A stretch of 64,000 nt of DNA from Octopus sinensis. Lineage: Eukaryota. A model generated the notes under the pieces. It saw nothing but the letters and a program-made list of their open reading frames with translations, searched no databases and was not told the origin of the DNA. The translations under genes and the position numbers were made by a program. Below are positions 1-12,700 of the stretch, piece by piece. How positions within the stretch are numbered: position 1 is the first letter of the stretch; each line of letters begins with the position of its first letter. The stretch is from assembly GCF_006345805.1 (NCBI RefSeq), contig NC_043018.1, positions 20,026,001 through 20,090,000 of the forward strand, in the 5' to 3' direction.

Positions 1-140
1 CCCTTACAATAATGTTGAATAAAATCATAACTATGTGATTCCCCCCTGTATTTTCTTTTACCCAAAGTCAGGAACTTAAGAGCATGCCCTCGTATGTATA
101 TATGTGTGTGTGTAAATATATATGTGTGTGTGTGTGTGTG

Positions 141-335
141 TAGGAGTGGCTGTGTGATAAGTAGTTTGCTTACCAACCACATGGTTCTGGGTTCAGTCTC
201 ACTGCGTGGCACCTTGGGCAAGTGTCTTCTGCTATAACCTCAGGCCAACCAAAGCCTTGTGTGTAGAGTTGGTAGATGGAAACTGAAAGAAGCCCATCGT
301 GTATATATGTATATGTTTGTGTGTCTGTGTGTCTA
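141..335 (+). mobile_element. SINE family A (tRNA-derived head plus CORE-like segment), 3'-truncated
   Basis: A-box-like TGGCTGTGTG, B-box-like GGTTCAGTC, then GGCACCTTGGGCAAGTGTCTTCT (resembles the MIR/CORE GACCTTGGGCAAGT); more than 20 copies in the window. Confidence 0.85.
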
Positions 336-865
336 CAGTCATACCTGCACCCGTACCAAAAGTCTGAAATAAAAACGACATATAAAGTTGAAACACCTTT
401 ATCAAAAAAGTAGACGTGATCAGGGCCAGGGTTGTCCTGCGGTTAAAAAAAAAAAAAAAGCAACTAAACAACAATAACAGTTTTCTGGAATATTCTGTTT
501 ACCAATTTTGAAATTTCAGCCTGAAATGAAATTAAAAAAAAGACAAAAAAAAAAAGAAAAACTACAAACAGAAATGAAATTCCTTTGTTTTCTTCTTTCT
601 TTCTTTCTTTCTTTTTTTCTTTTCTTTAACCATAAATTAGAATATGACTTTTGCAAAAAGAAGTTCTTTGACTCTATCAAATAATAATATTGGAAGATAA
701 TAATGATTCTATTTCTGGGTCGACCGTTCTTTTACCAAAATAGCTTCCAATATTTCTTGTTCTTTACATCTTTGGACAAAATTTAGCAATACTTTGCATC
801 TCTTTTACACAACTGTGTACTGACTGGCATGGAAGACTCTACCGAAAGGTGCGCTTGAGTTAACA

Positions 866-1226
866 ACATCAGCAGCAGCTGTAGTAGTAGAAGCAGCAGG
901 AGCTGCAGTGGTTGTAGTAGTAGTAGTAGTAATAGCAGCAGCAGCAGCTGTAGTGGGTGTAGTAGTAGTAGTAGTAGTAGTAGTAATGGTAGCAGCAGCA
1001 GCAACAGTAGTGGTTGTAGTAGTGGTGGTGGTAGTAGTAGTTGTAGCAGCAGCAGTAGTGGTCATAGTAGCAGTAGCAGCAGCAGTAATGGTGGTAGTAG
1101 TAGTAGTTGCTGTTGTAGTAGTTGTAGCAGCAGCAGTGGTCATAGTAGTAGTAGCAGCAGCAGCGGTGGTCATAGTAGTAGTAGTAGCAGCAGTAATGGT
1201 GGTAGTAGTAGTAGTAGTTGTTGTTT
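866..1226. repeat. Compound (GTA/GCA/GTG)n trinucleotide array
   Basis: Direct reading; explains the poly-T/A, poly-Y/C and poly-V ORFs. Confidence 0.95.
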
Positions 1227-1668
1227 AACCTCAAGGCAGGCTAACTGGTTCGAAGACATTCCAACCATGACCACCTCATCAGCCATTGCAGTATTTACAA
1301 TTACGTTATCCAATGTTTCCCACTGTCTTTTCAGAACAACAGGGTGTGGTTCATGGTAGTTTTAGCTGCTATCTCTAGGAGGTCAGTCAAACAACCAATT
1401 ATACCACGAGTGGGGGACCCCCTTTTTTTCGCTCTTTTTTTTTTAAATCCCAGGAGAAAATTCCCAGTGCTGATGAACCTGTGATGTAAGGGTCACATTG
1501 ATGCTGAGGAAAATAACAAGTCTTAAATTATATAAATTGCTAGGCTTGCACCTTTAATTAATTAAACTGGGATGGTTTAAAGGTTTACAACTGATATAAG
1601 GTACCTGTACCCCATTCAAGGGAGTTATGTGTACCGTTCTCAAAAGAAAAAAAAAATTGAAGCAAAAA

Positions 1669-1838
1669 GTGACTGTGTGGTAAGAAGCTTGCTTACCGAC
1701 TACATGGTTCTAGGTTCGGTCTCACTGCATGGCACCTTGGGCAACTGTCTTCTGCTATAGCTTCAGGCCAACCAAAGCCTTGTGAGTGGATTTGGTAGGC
1801 AGAAACTGAAACAAGCCCATCGTATATTTATATATATA
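1669..1838 (+). mobile_element. SINE family A, 5' half
   Basis: Matches 141-335. Confidence 0.85.
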
Positions 1839-2169
1839 TGCATGGTGCTAAGCTGTATTGGTCCCTTTGCCTTTCCTTTGGACAACATCGGTGGTGTGGA
1901 GAGGGGAGGTTGGTATGGATGGACAAAAACTGATCTTCCATAAACAACCTTGCCCAGACTTGTGCCTCAGAGGGGAACTTTCTCGGTGCAATTCCATGGT
2001 CATTCATGACCAAGGGGGGTCTTTGCCCTATATCAATGTATATATGTACTTTATTTGTTCCACCTCCTCGCATTGCTGTGTTTTTTTGTTTTTTTCTGTT
2101 TTCTTGTTTGGATTAACTATATATATCTGTGTGTGTGTGTGTGTGTGTACCTTTGTGTCTAGAATGAAG

Positions 2170-2420
2170 CGCCCCCTCACCCATTGAACTTGTAGCTTTG
2201 TGAGCTGCCAGGTGGCCTCAGTAAGGTATGGGGTCATGGAAAAGGCACCCAGTCCATGTAAAGTGGTTGATGTTAGGAAGGGCCTCCTTCTATAGAAACC
2301 ATGCCAAAGCTGACAAAGGAGCGCAATGCAGTCCTTGGACACATCGGATCCTGTCAAAACTGTCCAAACCTTTGCCAAGCATGGAGCACGTATGTTAAAT
2401 GATGACGAAGACAATGACGA
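2170..2420 (+). mobile_element. Diverged family D-related element
   Basis: GTTAGGAAGGGC..TAGAAACCATGCC core and GCATGGA..GTTAAATGATGA tail shared with family D. Confidence 0.65.
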
Positions 2421-2825
2421 TGCTAGTGATTTTTTTGATGATTTAATTTCAATTAAAGCCCGTAATTTTCAATTAACTGTGAATTTCAGAAACCTCTATT
2501 TATATTTCTATATCTATGCAACTGTAATTACTTTTGCCAAGTAATTACAATTAAAATTGTGTTTCAAGCATAGAAATCTGAAGAAAGATTTTTTTTAGAA
2601 AAATAGTTTTTAATTAACAGTAGGGTTGCTAATTATAAAACTTCACTTTCCTTTTTATGTTTTGTTTTAAATTTTTATGAAGTCATGTTGATTGGGGGGT
2701 TTTAAGTTTTACCTAACACAGAGTTCACAATCATAGGTAGAAGCATTTGTTTGACCCTGGAATTTGTCAAATGGTAATTAACTTCAATGCAGCCTTCCAA
2801 CATAAACAGGGCCCTCTCTTGATAT

Positions 2826-3060
2826 ACTCTCTTTATTATCTTTTATTTGACTGCAGCCATGCTGGAGCACCGCCTTTAGTCGAGCAAATCGACCCCAGGA
2901 CTTATTCTTTGTAAGCCTAGTACTTATTCTATTGGTCTCTTTTGCCAAACTGCTAAGTTATGGGGATGTAAACACACCAGCATCGGTTGTCAAGCGATGT
3001 TGTGGGGGACAAACACAGACACACAAACATATACACAAATACATATATATACATACACAA

Positions 3061-3094
<34 letters not shown>

Positions 3095-3097
3095 ATG

Positions 3098-3130
<33 letters not shown>

Positions 3131-3292
3131 GACGGGCTTCTTTCAGTTTCCGTCTACCAAATCCACTCACAAGGCTTTGGTCGGCCCGAGGCTATAGTAG
3201 AAGACACTTGCCCAAGGTGCCACGCTGTGGGAATGAACCCGGAACCATGTGGTTGGTAAACAAGCTACTTACCACACAGCCACTCCTGCACC
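2826..3292 (-). mobile_element. SINE family A, full length
   Basis: Complete head, CORE-like part, (TA/TG) linker and 3' module (GCTCCAGCATGGCTGCAGTCAAA on the sense strand). Confidence 0.9.
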
Positions 3293-3394
3293 TATATTTT
3301 CTTTTTCCCCCTAACCTATAAAAGTTTTTAGGGACTTCGTCAATGGGACTTTTCACATTGGAATATAAACAAAATTTTGACCATAGAGAAAGTC

Positions 3395-3435
3395 TTACCC
3401 ATCGTGGATTACCCATCGTGGATTACCCATTGTGG
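3395..3435. repeat. 14-bp tandem repeat x3
   Basis: TTACCCATCGTGGA x2 plus TTACCCATTGTGG. Confidence 0.9.
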
Positions 3436-4155
3436 TTTGCTCACTGTGGCCCCTTCTTTGACTATTAATGATTACATTGACATATTTATTGTTGACTGTT
3501 GTTTCCAGTCTTGACTGTTCCATCTTTTTGAAGAACATTATCATAAGTATTCTGCATCTTTTTTTCCTTAAAAAATGTAGAGTATTTGAAGGAACTAGGT
3601 TGTTGTTTCTGGCATGTTGAACATCGACAAAAAGGCTTTGTCAGAGGCTCATACTTCAATAGTTACATGTCAAATATGACATCAATATTTGTAGCCTGTT
3701 TCGTTGCAGCCTTTTATGTTCAAAGATCAAATCCTGCCTAGGTCGACTTTACCTTTCATCTCTCTCTGTCTCTCCCTCGATAAAATAAAGCACCAGTAAA
3801 GTACTGAGATGGTTATAATCAATTCTGTATCCCTTCTGCGTTTATGTTTGAAAGGGCCTTCTATCTATCATATGAATCAATGTGGTTATCGTAAGGATCA
3901 ATATTTTCTGTTTTGTGAAGGAGACGGGAAAGAAAAGCGTTGAAAACAATGCATTGTAGCATTGGATTTTAACCCTCTTGGTTTCAAGTTCAAATCTTTC
4001 AGAGATCATCTATGTCTTGCTACTGTTGTTGTTTGGGTTCTAGGTCCTTTTTCATTGACTAGACATAGTCTTATGATCAAAATCATTCCAGCTGTGACCA
4101 CCCTGTCCTTTTAGCGGTATCTAGGAATCTTTCTGTACCTCTGTCTTTTTATATA

Positions 4156-4400
4156 GTGGAGGCATGTGGCTTAGTGGTTAGGGTGTTGGGTTCATGGTTT
4201 TGATCCCTAGGTCAAATCATGTGTTGTGTCCTTGAGCAAAACTCTTCATTTCACATTGCACCAGTTCACTCACCTGTAAAAATGAGTGATCCTGCAAGGG
4301 ACCAGCATCCCATCCAGGTAGGGAATATATACGCCATGGAAACGGGGAACTGGCCCTTATGAATCAGCATAACTCGAGAAGATTACATTTACCTGTACTT
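4156..4400 (+). mobile_element. SINE family F (tRNA head, CORE-like body, tail type 2)
   Basis: TGGCTTAGTGG A box, TGTGTCCTTGAGCAAAACTCTTCATTTCAC body, tail shared with 52881-53185. Confidence 0.75.
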
Positions 4401-4568
4401 TACCTGTCTTTCTATATATCTATCTATTCCCCTCTCTGTCTCTCAATACATTTCTCTGTCACTTTCTTTGTAGTTATTCATCTCTCTCTTTGTCTTTGTC
4501 TTCCTCTGTGTGAATGTCTCTCTGTCTATCTCTCTCTCCTTATATATATAGAGAGAGAGAGAGAGATT

Positions 4569-4819
4569 CCAGCGCTGCCTTGGCTGGCTTCTGTGCCGGT
4601 GGCACGTTAAAAGCACCAACCAATCGTGGCCGATGCTGGACTCCCCTGGCACCTGTGCAGGTGGCACGTAAAAACCACCCACTACACTCACGGAGTGGTT
4701 GGCATTAGGAAAGGCATCCAGCTGTAGAAACACTGCCAGATCAGACTGGAGCCTGGTACAGCCTTCTGGCTTCCCAGACCCCGGTCGAACCATGCTAGCA
4801 CGGAAAACGGACGTTAAAC

Positions 4820-4853
<34 letters not shown>
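4569..4853 (+). mobile_element. Family D retroelement ((GAT)n tail)
   Basis: GGTGGCACGTAAAA head units, GGTTGGCATTAGGAAAGGCATCCAGCTGTAGAAAC core, GGACGTTAAACGATGATGAT tail. Confidence 0.85.
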
Positions 4854-4855
<2 letters not shown>

Positions 4856-6214
4856 ATATAATATTTATCCATTCATCTCTCCCTTTCTCTTCAAGTGCCA
4901 TACTTGCAAGCATCACTAATCATGGACATTCATTACCGAAGTCTGAAGGTTCATAATTTGTTGACTGGGGAAGGATACTGCAGTATTATTTTATTATTTT
5001 CTCATTATTTTAAAAACTAGTTGAAACAATTGTATTATATTTCAATTGAAATATGGTAACAAAGGTTTAAAAAGCAAGGAATTTGGATTGGACAACATTT
5101 CAGTCCAAATCCTGAAGAAATATTCTTGTTGTCTTCTGCCAATTTACAATTTACTCTGCTCATCTCCTCATCTCCTGAGCTGACCCTTGAAGCTCTGGTC
5201 TTATTCAACCTTTAAGTAGAGGACTGGTTCATATGCCCACATGCCAATGGGCCGATATGATACATACCTAGGGGCCAGCCCTCTCCTGGACGTTTATAAT
5301 TAAGTCATAGGACCATCTTCTGCTGCCTTAACTAGGATACCTTAATAGGTACTACACCCTAAGCAAGAGCAGACCCAGAAGAAACAATTAGTAAGGATTA
5401 ACTTCCAAACTATCCAAATCTGTGAACTCCCATGCTGGACCCTCACCACTTAAAACAGTTTAATATCTTGAACACAACCATCTAGGAGTATATTACCCTA
5501 TGAGTACACTTCTGAAGAAAGTAAGGTGTATTTGAGGGATTTTGGTTGCTATTTCTACTGGTTCAAGAAACCACATAGAAGCTCCCACGTTAATTCATGT
5601 CCTTGTTTAAGACAATTTATTATGATCTGGTGGAGATTTGGTTGTTATTTCCAGCAGATTGATCAAGCATGTATAAGTTCCTTCTTCAGCCAATCAACTG
5701 TATTCTTGTATTGCTTTAGTGTTCAATAAAATTGATCAGTAGTAATAGTTCATAGAGGTCAATACATTGAACCATCTCTCTTCTCTTTCAATAACTGACC
5801 TTCCTTCCCACCTCAGGAAATAGTATTTCAGACTTCTTTGCAATATGTCCGCTGTTATTGACTAATATCTCTTACAACACACATCTTATATTGAATCATA
5901 CAGAAATATACTGTAGACAGTGCAGCCATCCATGTTATTGAATGTCATACGGAACCACTCTGATTCTTTTTCTTTTAATCTGTTTTAGAAAATATTCCAC
6001 TGTCCCCTTATTTTTTCCAAGGGTGAATATCTTATTGACAACACTTGACAGAGTGGGTAGGATGGGTTGGTCAATATTTTGAATTATTGTCGTTTTCCTT
6101 TGCCGTTTTGCTTTATTTTATTTATTTCTTTTCGCTGTTGTTCTTTTTCTTCTGTTTAAGATCAATAATAATAATAATAATATCATATAAAAAGATTGTC
6201 TTATTTGTTTCAAG

Positions 6215-6580
6215 ACAGGTTTTGAAATTCTACCGGTGGCCATTCTTTTGAATCACAAAAATAAGGCAACGAACCATTTTCATGTTGGTGCAACTTTCTG
6301 AAAAGCATGTATTTCTGAATTTAGTGAAAAAAATCTTACTAAACACAGTCTTTGAGTTACAGAATCTGCTGACCTTTCCATTGAGAAGAAGGTCAGACAG
6401 AAATATTCTACCTCTACTACTTGAGGAAAAAGATTTGTCCCTTTTTTTGGGGGGGGGGATGCTGAAGATATTAGCATTGTTTTGATGTTGTGGAACATAT
6501 TCTTTGTTCCATATCGCTAAGATACAATGCTGTAAAGCTCTTCTATGGAAGGAACCAGATGGACAGAGGTCACACACATT
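6215..6580 (-). pseudogene. RTE-clade LINE reverse transcriptase fragment (N-terminal RT region)
   Basis: ORF 6230-6577 contains IWNKEYVPQHQNNANIFSIPPPKKRDKS..SRGRIFL..KTVFSKIFFTKF, matching RTE-type IWxxExVPxDWxxAxIxxIxKKGDxSxxxNYRGISLL..GKxxxxIxxxRL. Confidence 0.7.
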
Positions 6581-6686
6581 GGGTACATCTCTTCAATGAG
6601 AAGAACTGAGTATTAGACGGACCCTCCTGTGATGGTAATTAAGGACAGATTGGGTGTGGGTTTATTATAGTACTAAAGAACATTAA

Positions 6687-6845
6687 CCCTTTTGTTGCCA
6701 TATTTCTGTCAATATACCACACTTGTTTTGATTAATTTTGAAAATAAATGAAGAATTTTGGAAAATAACTTTGTCCTTATCAAGCTAGTGTTTGGAACAT
6801 AAATATATGAAATTTTGATGAAAGGTTTCAATTTAAGTCATTTGA
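6687..6845 (+). mobile_element. TTAA-type (piggyBac-like) MITE family P2, truncated
   Basis: TTAA|CCCTTTTGTTGCCATATTTCTG terminus; related copies at 33396-33530 (+) and 4985-5067 (-). Confidence 0.65.
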
Positions 6846-6865
6846 ATCCTTAATTGTGCTGTTGT

Positions 6866-7046
6866 GTCTGGGAAGAGTCACTTTTGTGCCTTTAATTTGT
6901 GCCTATAATTTAACACACTCACCGGCAGAAATTACCACTTATTTCTTATTTTTATTTTAGGAAAATAAAAATAAGAAATAAGTGGAAATTTTACCAGTGA
7001 GTCTGTTAAATTATAAGGCACAAAAAGAAAATTTCTCTCCCCAGAC
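6866..7046. repeat. About 180-bp palindrome (foldback/MITE-like)
   Basis: Perfect 24-bp arms at 6935-6958 and 6962-6985 around a 3-nt loop; imperfect symmetry extends to GTCTGG...CCAGAC. Confidence 0.9.
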
Positions 7047-7382
7047 AAAAAAGAATATGCTTCAACATACGAACTCATATAAAGAATCTTGCAAACCAAA
7101 TCCAAAAATAAAATATCATTGTGCTATATTATTTTTTTATTTTATGACCATTATGTGAAATGTCTTAATAGCTGAAGTTATCTTGTCCCAGAACTGAACC
7201 AAGTGGACGATGTTTGGGCCTCCTGTTTGTTGCGTTTCTCCAGCTGGGGTAAACATCATGATTGCTAGATTGGGTTGCCTGGTTGCACAGAAGTCTATCT
7301 GGGGCAGCTCTTATTCGAGTCTAGTTGTTAATGATCATTAGGCTGTGCCACCTAGCTATATTCATATATATTTGCAGTAAGT

Positions 7383-7971
7383 GGAGGCACAATGGCCCAG
7401 TGGTTAGGGCAGCGGACTCGTGGTCGTAGGATCGCGGTTTCGATTCCCAGACCGGGCGTTGTGAGTGTTTATTGAGCGAAAACACCTAAAAGCACCACGA
7501 GGCTCCGGCAGGGGATGGTGGTGATCCCTGCTGTACTCTTTCACCACAACTTCCTCTCACTCTTACTTCCTGTTTCTGTTGTACCTGTATTTCAAGGGGC
7601 CGGCCTTGTCACTCTCTGTGTCACGCTGAATACCATAGGATCGCGGTTTCGATTCCCAGACCGGGCGTTGTGAGTGTTTATTGAGCGAAAACACCTAAAA
7701 GCTCCACAAGGCTCCGGCAGGGGATGGTGGTGATCCCTGCTGTACTCTTTCACCACAACTTTCTCTCACTCTTACTTCCTGTTTCTGTTGTACCTGTTTT
7801 TCAAAGGGCCGGCCTTGTCACTCAGTGTCATGCTGAATATCCCCAAGAACTATGTTAAGGGTACACGTGTCTGTGGAGTGCTCAGCCACTTACACGTTAA
7901 TTTCACGAGCAGGCTGTTCCGTTGATCAGATCAACCGGAACCCTCATCATCGTAACTGACGGAGTGCTTCC
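7383..7971 (+). mobile_element. SINE family B (tRNA head) with internal ~205-bp duplication and 15-bp TSD
   Basis: A box TGGCCCAGTGG, B box GTTTCGATTCCC; ATATTTGCAGTAAGT at 7368-7382 and 7972-7986. Confidence 0.92.
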
Positions 7972-7986
7972 ATATTTGCAGTAAGT

Positions 7987-8137
7987 CATCTGTCTTTACG
8001 TTCTGAGTTCAAATTCCATCAAGGTCAACTTTGCCTTTCATCCTTTTGGGGGTTGATAAATTAAGTACCAGTTCTGTACTGGAGTTGATTTAATCAACTG
8101 GCCCCCTACCCAGATCTTGTGCTTAGAGTAGAAAACT
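7987..8137 (+). mobile_element. SINE family C, 5'-truncated
   Basis: TTCTGAGTTCAAATTCC..AGGTCAACTTTGCCTTTCATCC..GATAAATTAAGTACCAG core. Confidence 0.85.
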
Positions 8138-8762
8138 ATATCTCCACATATATACTTGCTTGTGCATCGGCACACTCACATACTCTCTCTCTCTCTCTCT
8201 CTCTCTCACTCACTCACACACACACACGTTTAAGCATTCTGCCTCTAAACCTTGACATTTTGAGAGAAAATATCACACTGCCATCATCCAAAGAAAAATG
8301 GATTAGAGGTAGAGTGAAGATTTGTAAAACATTCCTGGGATTCTCCATTTGAGGTTCCTTGATTGAAGATATTCTCACACGTATTATGGCATACACATAT
8401 AAACAATATACACACCTATGTACTATACAGACACACACTATCATTACTTATATATGCACATGCTAATATAAATATTCACTAAGGCCATAAGAGCTGTCAG
8501 GGTTAAGACCACAAGAGTGGGCTTCTCATTTTGTTTGTGAATAATTTGAATTTTACAAAGGACAAAATTTACATAGATTCCCTAGAAGTTCATCTATTTA
8601 TGCATTTATGCATAAATACAACACACGCACATACATGTATAAATGCATACATACATAAATATATACGTGTGTATAAGTACATGCATACGAACTTCCATTT
8701 GTGTAGATACATACATAGCATATCTGGTGTGTACAAATATATATATATATGTGTGTGTGTAA

Positions 8763-9166
8763 TAGGTGCAGCATGGCTGTGTGGTAAGAAGCTTCCTTCC
8801 CAACCTCATGGGTCCGGGTTCAGTCCCACTACATGGCACCTTGTGCAAGTATCTCTTATTATAGCCTCAGACTAACCAAAACTTTGTGAGTGGATTTGGT
8901 AGATGGAAGCTGAAAGAAGTTTATTGTATGTGTGTGTTGTGTGTGTGCATATGTATTTGTGTGTGTGTCTGTGTTTGTCCCGCCCCCACCACCATCACTT
9001 GATAACTGATGTCGGTGTGTTTACATCCCCATAAACTTAGCAGTTCGGCAAAAGAGACCGATAGAATAAGTACTAGGCTTACAACGAATAAGTCCTGGGG
9101 TCAATTTGCTCAACTACAGGTGGTGCTACAGCATGGCCACAGTCAAATGACTGAAACAAATAAAAC
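8763..9166 (+). mobile_element. SINE family A, full length
   Basis: Head and 3' module both present. Confidence 0.9.
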
Positions 9167-9216
9167 AATATATGTATGTGTGTGTGTGTATATATACATA
9201 TATATTTATATATATA

Positions 9217-9350
9217 CTCTTTTACTCGTTTCAGTCATTTGACTATGGCCATGCTGGAACACTGCCTGTAGTTGAGCAAATCAACCCCAGGACTAAACAC
9301 ACCACCATTGGTTGTCGGGCAATGTTCGGGGGACAAACACAGACATGCAA

Positions 9351-9393
<43 letters not shown>

Positions 9394-9560
9394 TAGATAT
9401 GACAGGCTTCTTTCAGTTTCCATCTACCAAATCCACTCACTTGGCTTTGGTCGGCCGAGGCTATAATAGAAGACACTTTCCCAAGGTGCCATGCAGTGGG
9501 ACTGAACCTGGAACCACGTTGTTTGTAAGCAAGCTACTTACACACAGCCACTCCTGTGCC
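9217..9560 (-). mobile_element. SINE family A with internal deletion, inverted relative to 8763-9166
   Basis: Same family on the opposite strand; a further head fragment lies at 9683-9825 (-). Confidence 0.85.
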
Positions 9561-9573
9561 TATGTGTTTTGTG

Positions 9574-9662
<89 letters not shown>

Positions 9663-10610
9663 CATACAATACACACCATATATATGGGCTCCTTTCAGTT
9701 TCCTTCAACCAAATCCACTCGCATGGCTTTGGTTGGCCTGAGGCTATATTAGAAGATGTCATGCAGCAGGACTGAACCCAGAGCCATGTGGTTGGGAAGC
9801 AAGCCTCTTACCACACAACTCCACCTATTTAGAAATACTGCTTAATCTTGTCCTTCTTATATGATGGTATTGTGTGATATCAGATCACTTACCTACTATT
9901 TCAATGCACTTGGTGACCACATGGAGAGTCCATTGTTGATCCGTCATTGTTAGATAAGTGAGGCAGGGAGGAAAAGGCTGACATTCTGCCCTATCTCCTC
10001 GGTAAATTTGCTGAAGGGTCAGTGACAATGGCAGTCAAGAAGCCCTTGGTCTTGTACAGAATTATCAGAAGATTGTACGACAGGGAAGGCCTATATATAT
10101 GTGGTGGGCATACTCTATGGTGGTCCCCTTACGTTAGCACTTGACCTACCATCCTTTCTCTCTTGCTTCTCAATTCTTTTTACTAGTCATCTTTTTTTGA
10201 TATTTTGATAAAGGGTTTCATTTGAAATATCAGATTCACTTCTGTTATTTCTTTTGATATATTAATCTTCATTGTACACTTCTTAGTTTGTTCAATTTTT
10301 GCTTTATATTTCTACACTTTTCAGATATGTGCTTATTTGCCTCTCTGGCTTTTTATATCTTTTTTGTTTCCTCTTTGCCTCAAGTTTTATTTGAGTTATT
10401 TATGTAATTTTACTCTTTTATATATGTATGTCTGTCTGCCTGTCTATCTATGTATTTGTGTGTGTGTGTGTGTGTTTCACAACATTTATTTATTGTTTCC
10501 ATAATGGAGAAAATGGATGGGTGAAGCATGGAAGATGTGAATACTGTGTGGTGCTGTGTCACATGATTTCACAGGGAAACATTTGAAATTTTGCCAGAGA
10601 ACAGACAAAT

Positions 10611-10802
10611 GTTAGCATGCCTGGTGAAATGCTTAGCAGTATTCCGTCTGTCTTTCCTTTCTGAGTTCAAATTCCTCCAAGGTCGACTTTGCCTTTCATC
10701 CTTTCAGGGTCAATAAATTAAGAACCAGTCGCATACTGGGGTCGACCTAATTGACTGGCCCCCTCCCTCAAAATTTTGAGTTTTGTGCCTAGAGTAGAAA
10801 AG
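10611..10802 (+). mobile_element. SINE family C
   Basis: Family C core and GTGCCTAGAGTAGAAAAG tail. Confidence 0.85.
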
Positions 10803-10904
10803 TATATGTATGATCATAAAACTATGGGCTTTGTGTCCATTTTAATTAAGTTTTTCAGAAGGTGCAAAAAAGGGGACTAGTTGGAGGAAGTTGTTGAAAA
10901 ATGA

Positions 10905-11500
10905 GTGCAAGAAAAGGGTGTATAATGTAGGGTTGGGACGAGAGTGTTTATATCGCTGAGCTGGGAGAAGAGTGTGTATAATGTAGAGCTTGGAAAAGTG
11001 TGAGTATGATATAGGGCTAAGTGTATATATTGAAGGGTTGGGTGAGAGTGTGTATTTTGCAGAGCTGGTGGGAGAGTGTGTATAATATTGAGTTGGGTAA
11101 AGAGTGTATATAATATCAGACTGGGAAAAGAGTGTGTATAATGTTGAGCTGGAAAAAGAGTATGTATGATATCAGGCTGGAAGAAGACTATATATAAAAT
11201 AGGGCTAGGAAAAGAGTGCATAGTAAATGCTCAGCAGTATTTTGTCTGTCTTTACATTCTGAGTTCAAATTCCACCAAGGTCAACTTTGCCTTTCATCCT
11301 TTTGGGGTCGATGAAATAAGTACCAGTTATGCACTGGGGTTGATGTAATTGGCTTATCTCCTCCCCGCCAAATTTCAGGCCTTATACCCATAGTAAAAAG
11401 GATTATTATTATTATACAACAGGGAGAAGAGTGTATATAAATTGCAGCAAGGAAAAGAGTGTGTATAATAATGTTGAACTAGAAGAAGGGTGTGTACTGT
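10905..11500. repeat. Degenerate ~29-bp minisatellite interrupted by a family C SINE (11222-11402)
   Basis: Recurrent AGAGTGTGTATAATGTAGAGCTGGGAAA-like units on both sides of the SINE. Confidence 0.75.
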
Positions 11501-12077
11501 TGGACAGGCCAAGAGCACTAAGTACCCTGGTTCCAACCCTGTTTGGGGCTAAACAATAACAACAACAGGTTTTAAATGATGTTTTTTTCTATGTTACCTC
11601 CAGATATCAATATGTTAGTTTCTGTTAATTTCTAATCGCGGGTATTTGAAGGAGGAGGTGGGGAATGTCATGTATGGAATGTCAGTTCATTTTATTCAAT
11701 GTGATGATAGTTGTTTTTTTTTTTTTTTTTTTTTTTGTGAAAATAATTACAAGGTTTGCAGTCATTCGTTGATTGAACTGTCTGGTGTTGATTGCCAACA
11801 ATTGTGGAAATCTGAAGAGAAATATGACACTTTTATGACTTCCATTTTTTAATTGTCAGTTGTGATTGGTTGAGCTTTTCACTGCAAACACCTACATCCC
11901 TAACTCTGCTTTTCATTCTGTATTTCATCATAAAAAAAAGAACTGCTTTGTCATTTTATACAGTACATGTACCATTGTTTTTTTTCTTTGTTCCCCAACC
12001 ATTGTTGTTCTTTTCTTTCCTATTTGTGGTACAAGTATGTACTGTATACAATAAACTAATTGTTATTGGTATTATTA

Positions 12078-12283
12078 TTAAGGCAGTGAGCTAGCTGAAT
12101 TGTTAGTATGCTGGGCAAAATGCTCAGCAGTATTTTGTCTGTCTTTACTTTCTCTATTCAAATTCCATCAAGGTCAACTTTGCCTTTCATCCTTTCCGGA
12201 TGTACCAGTTATGCACTGGGGTTTATGCAATTGACTTATCCCCTCCACCCCAAATTTCAGGCCTTGTACCTATAGTAGAAAGG

Positions 12284-12318
<35 letters not shown>

Positions 12319-12666
12319 GATGATGATGATGATGATGATGATGATTGAGTGAGGAAGAGAGCAGTGCATGCCATCAAAGTGACACTGGGGTAAAATATAC
12401 GAAGCCCAGTATACCCATCATGACTACCCGTCTGATAAGGGTACACCAGGCACATGCATCACAACCATATGTGCGCGACATGGTGATCTCATATCAAGAT
12501 AAACAGCACATGACCTTGCAGGTGGGGCCCAGTTAGAATTTTCTTCAGGTCAAGTAACCCAATCCGCTCAAACGATCCCTGAATAAGGGTTGTTTAAGGA
12601 TGTTGAATGAAACACCCATGTTTCCAAAGGTGAATTATTCAAACTCCAAAAAATCCCTCTCAACAC

Positions 12667-12700
<34 letters not shown>

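Noticed and set aside
805-1227. Mucin-like Thr/Ala ORF (-)
   Set aside because: Translated compound microsatellite; in-frame TAA immediately upstream and no acceptor.
7383-7450. Bona fide tRNA genes at SINE heads (also 38838-38915, 52881-52950)
   Set aside because: A/B boxes are present but acceptor stems are incomplete and each continues into a repeat body, so these are SINE heads.
9892-10010. 118-bp minus-strand exon-like segment (QIYRGDRAECQPF...)
   Set aside because: Good splice signals and one open frame, but no recognisable product or linkage; such pseudo-exons are expected by chance in 64 kb. Mentioned only as a candidate.
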